The notes beneath the pieces are model-generated. The model saw nothing but the letters and a program-made list of their open reading frames with translations. It was not told where the DNA came from and did not search any database. DNA of 62,311 nt, the filler included, from Asterionella formosa (Eukaryota): assembly GCA_002256025.1 (NCBI GenBank). It is 5 parts of 5 records of this genome, joined end to end, with 100 filler letters (N's around TTAATTAATTAA, not from the genome) between each part and the next. Parts side by side here need not be neighbours in the genome. Positions count along the whole stretch, not along the records: positions 49,954 to 62,311 come from NKIB01007582.1; 4 more parts are not named here. The stretch is one strand, 5' to 3'. Both the position numbers and the translations under genes were made by a program. This document shows, one piece after another, positions 57,985 through 62,311 of the stretch; position 1 is the stretch's first letter; each line of letters opens with the position of its first letter.

Positions 57985-59212
57985 TGGTTCTTATGTAGAT
58001 AGATACAATCGAAACAAAATGACAGTGCGGAATTACAAAGAGCAATAGAAGCGATCAAAATGGAGCATGGAAGCAATCAAATCGGAAATTCGACAATTGA
58101 ATCTATGATCACATTCAGTGTTTGACTGTTGTACTCACCAATCTGCTCTAACAAGTGTAACACGCAGCAGATAATGGCCGCATAAGAAAGTAGAAAGTTC
58201 CTGTTGCAAGCCCGAATTGAGTAACGGCAGGCAGGATAGCGATTCTATACTAGCTTCTAATCGATTATCTGCATTGTTTACAACTGATGATCAACCTTGT
58301 ATTTATGATAAAGAATTAACCTACTGGTATATGTAATCGAAATCAACACAAACAATAGTTTCAGAATCTGGGAGTAAAGAATAAGCAAGCTTGTAGTTAC
58401 CCAGTAACAGAAATGAGGGACCTCGTTTTGCAATCTCTCCATTGGAAGTACTCCACAACGAGCCCTGCTATCGATGGTGAGAAGCGCGCCAATTGGAACC
58501 GGTCAGGACAACCAATAAATGATATTAGCGTACGGCTTTTTGAATTCCGTGTTGATTTTTTTAGTCGCGGAAAACGTCGAAAAAGTCCTCGATACATGGG
58601 GGCTGGGCAATCTATATAGCACCGAGTTTATCTCAGAAGGAGCTTCCACTTAAGTACTTGTCTACATGGAGGGTGCGGTACATCTCCTTTAATCACGATA
58701 CCACGTTGCCGGCGCGAGACTCTATGTAGCAACACCTGATGATACCGTCATTTTGTCTAAAATAGAACGGGGTCATTCTCGACCAAGACCAAAGCAAATA
58801 AAGTCTTTGTCTAAGTGGCTGCTGGTTGCTGTAATATGTTTGCATTTTCAACCAGCCAGGGTGACGTATGGTGACGTCTGTAAAGACCCCCCACTTCAAT
58901 GGGCTTTGGTCTTGGTCAATGCGGTGAAAGTGCTCTTAGTATGTCATGCAAGAAGAAACTCCATAGTTGTTTGTGTTGTAAGTAATGGTCCCAGTTACCA
59001 GGGTCCCAGGTAATGTTGTGGATAAGCCCTCGCCAGCTTGCTTTGTAAAGAGGAGTAGCGATAAAGGATTGGCATCCTGATACTTACAATCTGAAAACTT
59101 GGAGGCGAGGTCGATTATACAAAACGCACTTTTTGCTAATAATAAATGTCATTAGTGTTGTATCGATGCCATCATTTGACAAGGTGCTAATTCAGCAACT
59201 CATACTGGCCCC

Positions 59213-60674
59213 ATGAACGCCAAGTTTTCGAACGAACAGGTGCTCCACTCAGCTTCAGCATCAGATTATCCTAGTCGAACGAAACATGTAACCATTAGTT
59301 TCGCGCAATCAAGAAATGGAGGAAGAGATGACGCGGATGATTGTGACAAAAACGATGAAATGAGCATCATTAGTTCGCTGTCGGGGTTTTCCGGCGGTTC
59401 TTCTGATATATATAACTATGGAGGGTTGATGCGCTTCGTTCGTACCGGTATTCTCTACGGCCGAAGCACAGAAGTGAGTATTCTATTGAATGCTTTTACA
59501 CGTGCCAGGAATGGACCTTCTGAAGTGGTCCTTGTTTCAGGCCAAGCAGGCTCTGGAAAGAGCAAAGTCGCCGAGTCCCTTCGAGGCCCTGTAACTTCGA
59601 TCGAATTTTCCGGTTACTTTGTTGCAGGAAAGTATGACCAGCTTAGACTGGACGAACCCTTTAGCGCGATTGTGAACGCGTTCAATGACTTGGCTGAAAT
59701 CATAAGTCTCACTGAAGGTTCCCAGTCGCGAAGAAACTACATAAAGGAAGCTCTCGGGGATGAAGCTCATTTGCTTTGCAAGTTCATCCCGAATATTTCG
59801 TTTTTACTTGGACAAAAGAAAAACCCACAGGAGGTGGTGGGGGTGGTTAACATGATGAACGTTATTTCCAAATTGACTCTGGCCTTGCGAAGATTTGTAG
59901 GGCTTGTTGCTACAAAAGAGAGCCCTTTGTGTATATTCCTTGACGACATTCAATGGGCAGATCAAGCATCCATGCAAGTGATTCGAGGCCTCATTGCAGA
60001 CATTAGGAGCAAACATGTTCTGCTAGTGTTCGCCTATCGAGATAATGATTTGAACAGTGCAAGAATTGACGAGTTCTTTCAATGTTCTGAGGATGAGCAA
60101 ATGGTGCATTTGACCAAGATATCAATTGGTCATCTTGATGTTGAGTCAGTACATGAATTAATTCAAGATCAATTGGAAATGATAGCTTCTGAACAATCTA
60201 TGTTATTAAGCGAATGCGTATGGAAGAAAACTTTGGGAAATCCTTTCTTTGTACTTGAACTTCTGGATGAGTTACTTGGCAGGGGGTTCATGGTTCGGAC
60301 AGATTCATCATGGTTGATTGATTTAGAGAAAATTCATTCCGAGACCAATGTGATATCTGAATAGAATAAATGGCTACATCCCCATGTCAGATCTGTTTTA
60401 ACATATGCCGCATATCTTGGCTTTCAGTTTCGACGCGATGTACTGGAAAACATTATGATCTCTAAATACATATCATCCAGTTTGATTTTGATTCTATTTG
60501 ATATTGATATTGCAGAGATTAAGGACCGAATTACACAAGATCAATATCATGACAGGGTTTCCAGAATCCTGGATGCTGCAACTGCCGAAGGTATTATCGA
60601 AAAATGCGATGATTCTGAAATCAAAATGAAGTTTGTGCATGACTGCTCTCAGACTGTTTTTTATGATTCCACTC
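59213..60674 (+). pseudogene. STAND-type/AAA_16 P-loop ATPase, disrupted
   Basis: LYGR..E, Walker A GQAGSGKS, GKYDQ..EPFSA, Walker B IFLDDIQWAD and TLGNPFFV. There is an in-frame TAG at 60362. The same frame resumes (AAYLG..F, KFVHD) and is then cut by an LTR. Confidence 0.85.
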
Positions 60675-60933
60675 TGTGATAACAACAATCTTGACAGACG
60701 AGAATAGATGATAGCCTAAAGGTAGTAATATAAACGATGTACTTCGGAAGTAAGTTCTAGCAATGCGAGAAAATTATTTTAAACTAAAAGCAGCAACAAA
60801 TGCAAAGGAGGATGGGAAATGAATAAATGCAGCACCATACAAGAGGCATGAATAATGCAGCAGAAATAAGGGACAGTCATTTGCAGGTGATGTCATGATG
60901 ACTTAGACAAGTAAACATGAAATAATAATCTCA
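60675..60933 (-). mobile_element. Putative 3' LTR (259 bp) of a copia element
   Basis: On the minus strand, a purine tract AGGGGAG precedes TGAGAT...ATCACA, about 70 bp after the RNase H stop codon. Confidence 0.65.
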
Positions 60934-61002
60934 TGCTCCCCTGTGAATTGTTATTAGAGAAAGAAGGGATAAAGAAAGCGGAAACCAAGAAGCACAAGAG
61001 AT

Positions 61003-61230
61003 TCACCGACCCATCAATTTGTGTTGACCATAGAGAAAAGTAACAGGAGAAAGGAGTTTGGTGAAAATATCAGCAACTTGGTCAAAAGTAGAAATGGGAT
61101 AGCGCTTGACAAGGCCCAAGGTGACATGAGAAAGGAAATGGTGATACTTCAAACTAATATGTTTTGTGTGGGGATGGGTTTTGTGATCAAGTGCAAGGGT
61201 AAGGGCACCAGCATTGTCTTCAAGAAGCAA
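61003..61230 (-). mobile_element. Ty1/copia RNase H C-terminal fragment
   Basis: EDNAGA..LA...PHTKHI.LKYHHF..HV..IST.DQ.ADIFTK...KLMG. Confidence 0.9.
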
Positions 61231-62311
61231 ACATGAAACAAGAGCCTGTTTTTTGTTTTGCTTGCTGATTTCTATCTGATTTGTAGGTTCCCAAACATTT
61301 CTGCAGGTGTGTGAGCCATGTTGGTGTAAGATATGTTACCAACATTGATGTGTGCATCAGTAAATTTTCCATTTTACCTGATTCAAGTTGACTTATCTGC
61401 AGCAATATGTCCATCATTTTCCCGACTTCATAATTTGCATACTTGTAAAATAGGAAGGTTTCTGTGACTCTATCGCCAAATCCACCATTTTCAATCCTCC
61501 TGTTGTGCTTGGATCATATGCAAGAGCTTTCGGAAAATTTTGTTTGAATACCAGTTTTCCCAGCAGGCTTGCCCTTCTTGCTTTTCTTTGAATATTTTCG
61601 AGTTCTTCTCATCTCATGCTAGTGACTGTAAGTAAGCAAATATGTCATTTGTGCTGCCTGTATTGCTTGGTGTCCTTGGTTTGCATCTCCTCTCCTCATC
61701 TTGTTTGACATTGTTTTTATTGCATGATCATTACTTTTATTCTGAAGTCTCTTTGCCTTGCCTTCCCATGTGCCCTCCTGTGGTTTGGACATCATCCCTA
61801 ATGCTTTAGTGCTTGATTCTGATGATTTGTTTGCAATTATTTTATAGTTAGGGTCTCAGCCTGTTTGTATTTTACTGCACAGTTATTCCTGGTTGGATTT
61901 CATACTCTCCTGGAATTGTATTACCTTTGTTTTGCTTTAGTTGCATATTTTGTGGATATCCAAATTTGTTCCATTACCAATGTAGCAGTTGGTAATAACA
62001 TTTTGACAATTTGAGTGCTCCTCCTGTTGCAAAGGGCAATTGTTCCCATAGTTGAGCATATTCTGTGAGTGTTTGTAACATTGTGAGAATATCCATTGGA
62101 GACGATTTTTCATTGTTGAACCCAATTCTTGTGTCATCTACAAATGCGTCTGCATTTCCTTCTGACCTGATGCTTCGAGTTGGGTCCTGATAATTCATTC
62201 CTCTTGGAGCGTTTTTCTTGATACCATCAATAATACTACTGGTATGCATATTGAGTTGCATTTCACTTTTACCGGACACTTCGACATTTACGTATGGTGC
62301 CATCGCTCGAG
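61231..62311 (-). mobile_element. Non-LTR retrotransposon (LINE) reverse transcriptase remnant
   Basis: AFVDDT...AQLWEQL.FATGGAL.LSKCYY.LLHW, followed by a KALG...G.W segment. Has stops and frameshifts, and is CpG-poor. Confidence 0.85.

Noticed and set aside
53000..58300. Low-GC centromere-like region
   Set aside because: The low GC is explained by decayed repeats, and nothing in the sequence specifically supports centromere function.

Overview
Eukaryotic nuclear DNA, most likely from a diatom. The evidence is short GT-AG introns, a bipartite plastid-targeting motif, CoDi-type copia elements and diatom-type DNA transposases. The window is not one locus. It is five separate scaffolds of steadily decreasing size (12405, 12398, 12381, 12369 and 12358 bp) joined by identical 100-nt N/TTAATTAATTAA linkers. 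Host genes: CHY/RING E3 ligase (RCHY1-like), GMP synthase, a Pro-rich protein with a Cys-rich SBP-like zinc finger, cullin-4, a membrane RING-H2 E3 ligase, an acidic hypothetical protein, a plastid-targeted cyanobacterial-type membrane protein, serine carboxypeptidase S10, eIF3g, and a disrupted STAND/AAA_16 ATPase. The rest is nested, mostly decayed mobile DNA: pogo-like, Tc1/IS630-like, two Harbinger/ISL2EU-like, Plavaka, copia, LINE, a short-LTR gag element and a tRNA-headed SINE in three copies. The best candidates for new biology are (1) a three-gene DDE_Tnp_4 transposon with two uncharacterised accessory genes, (2) the tRNA-derived SINE family with an 18-bp target-site duplication, (3) TACC(W)GGTA tracts upstream of genes that resemble stacked transposon excision footprints and adjoin both copies of the gag element, and (4) the SBP-like zinc finger. 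All family assignments come from recognising motifs by eye; no database searches were run.
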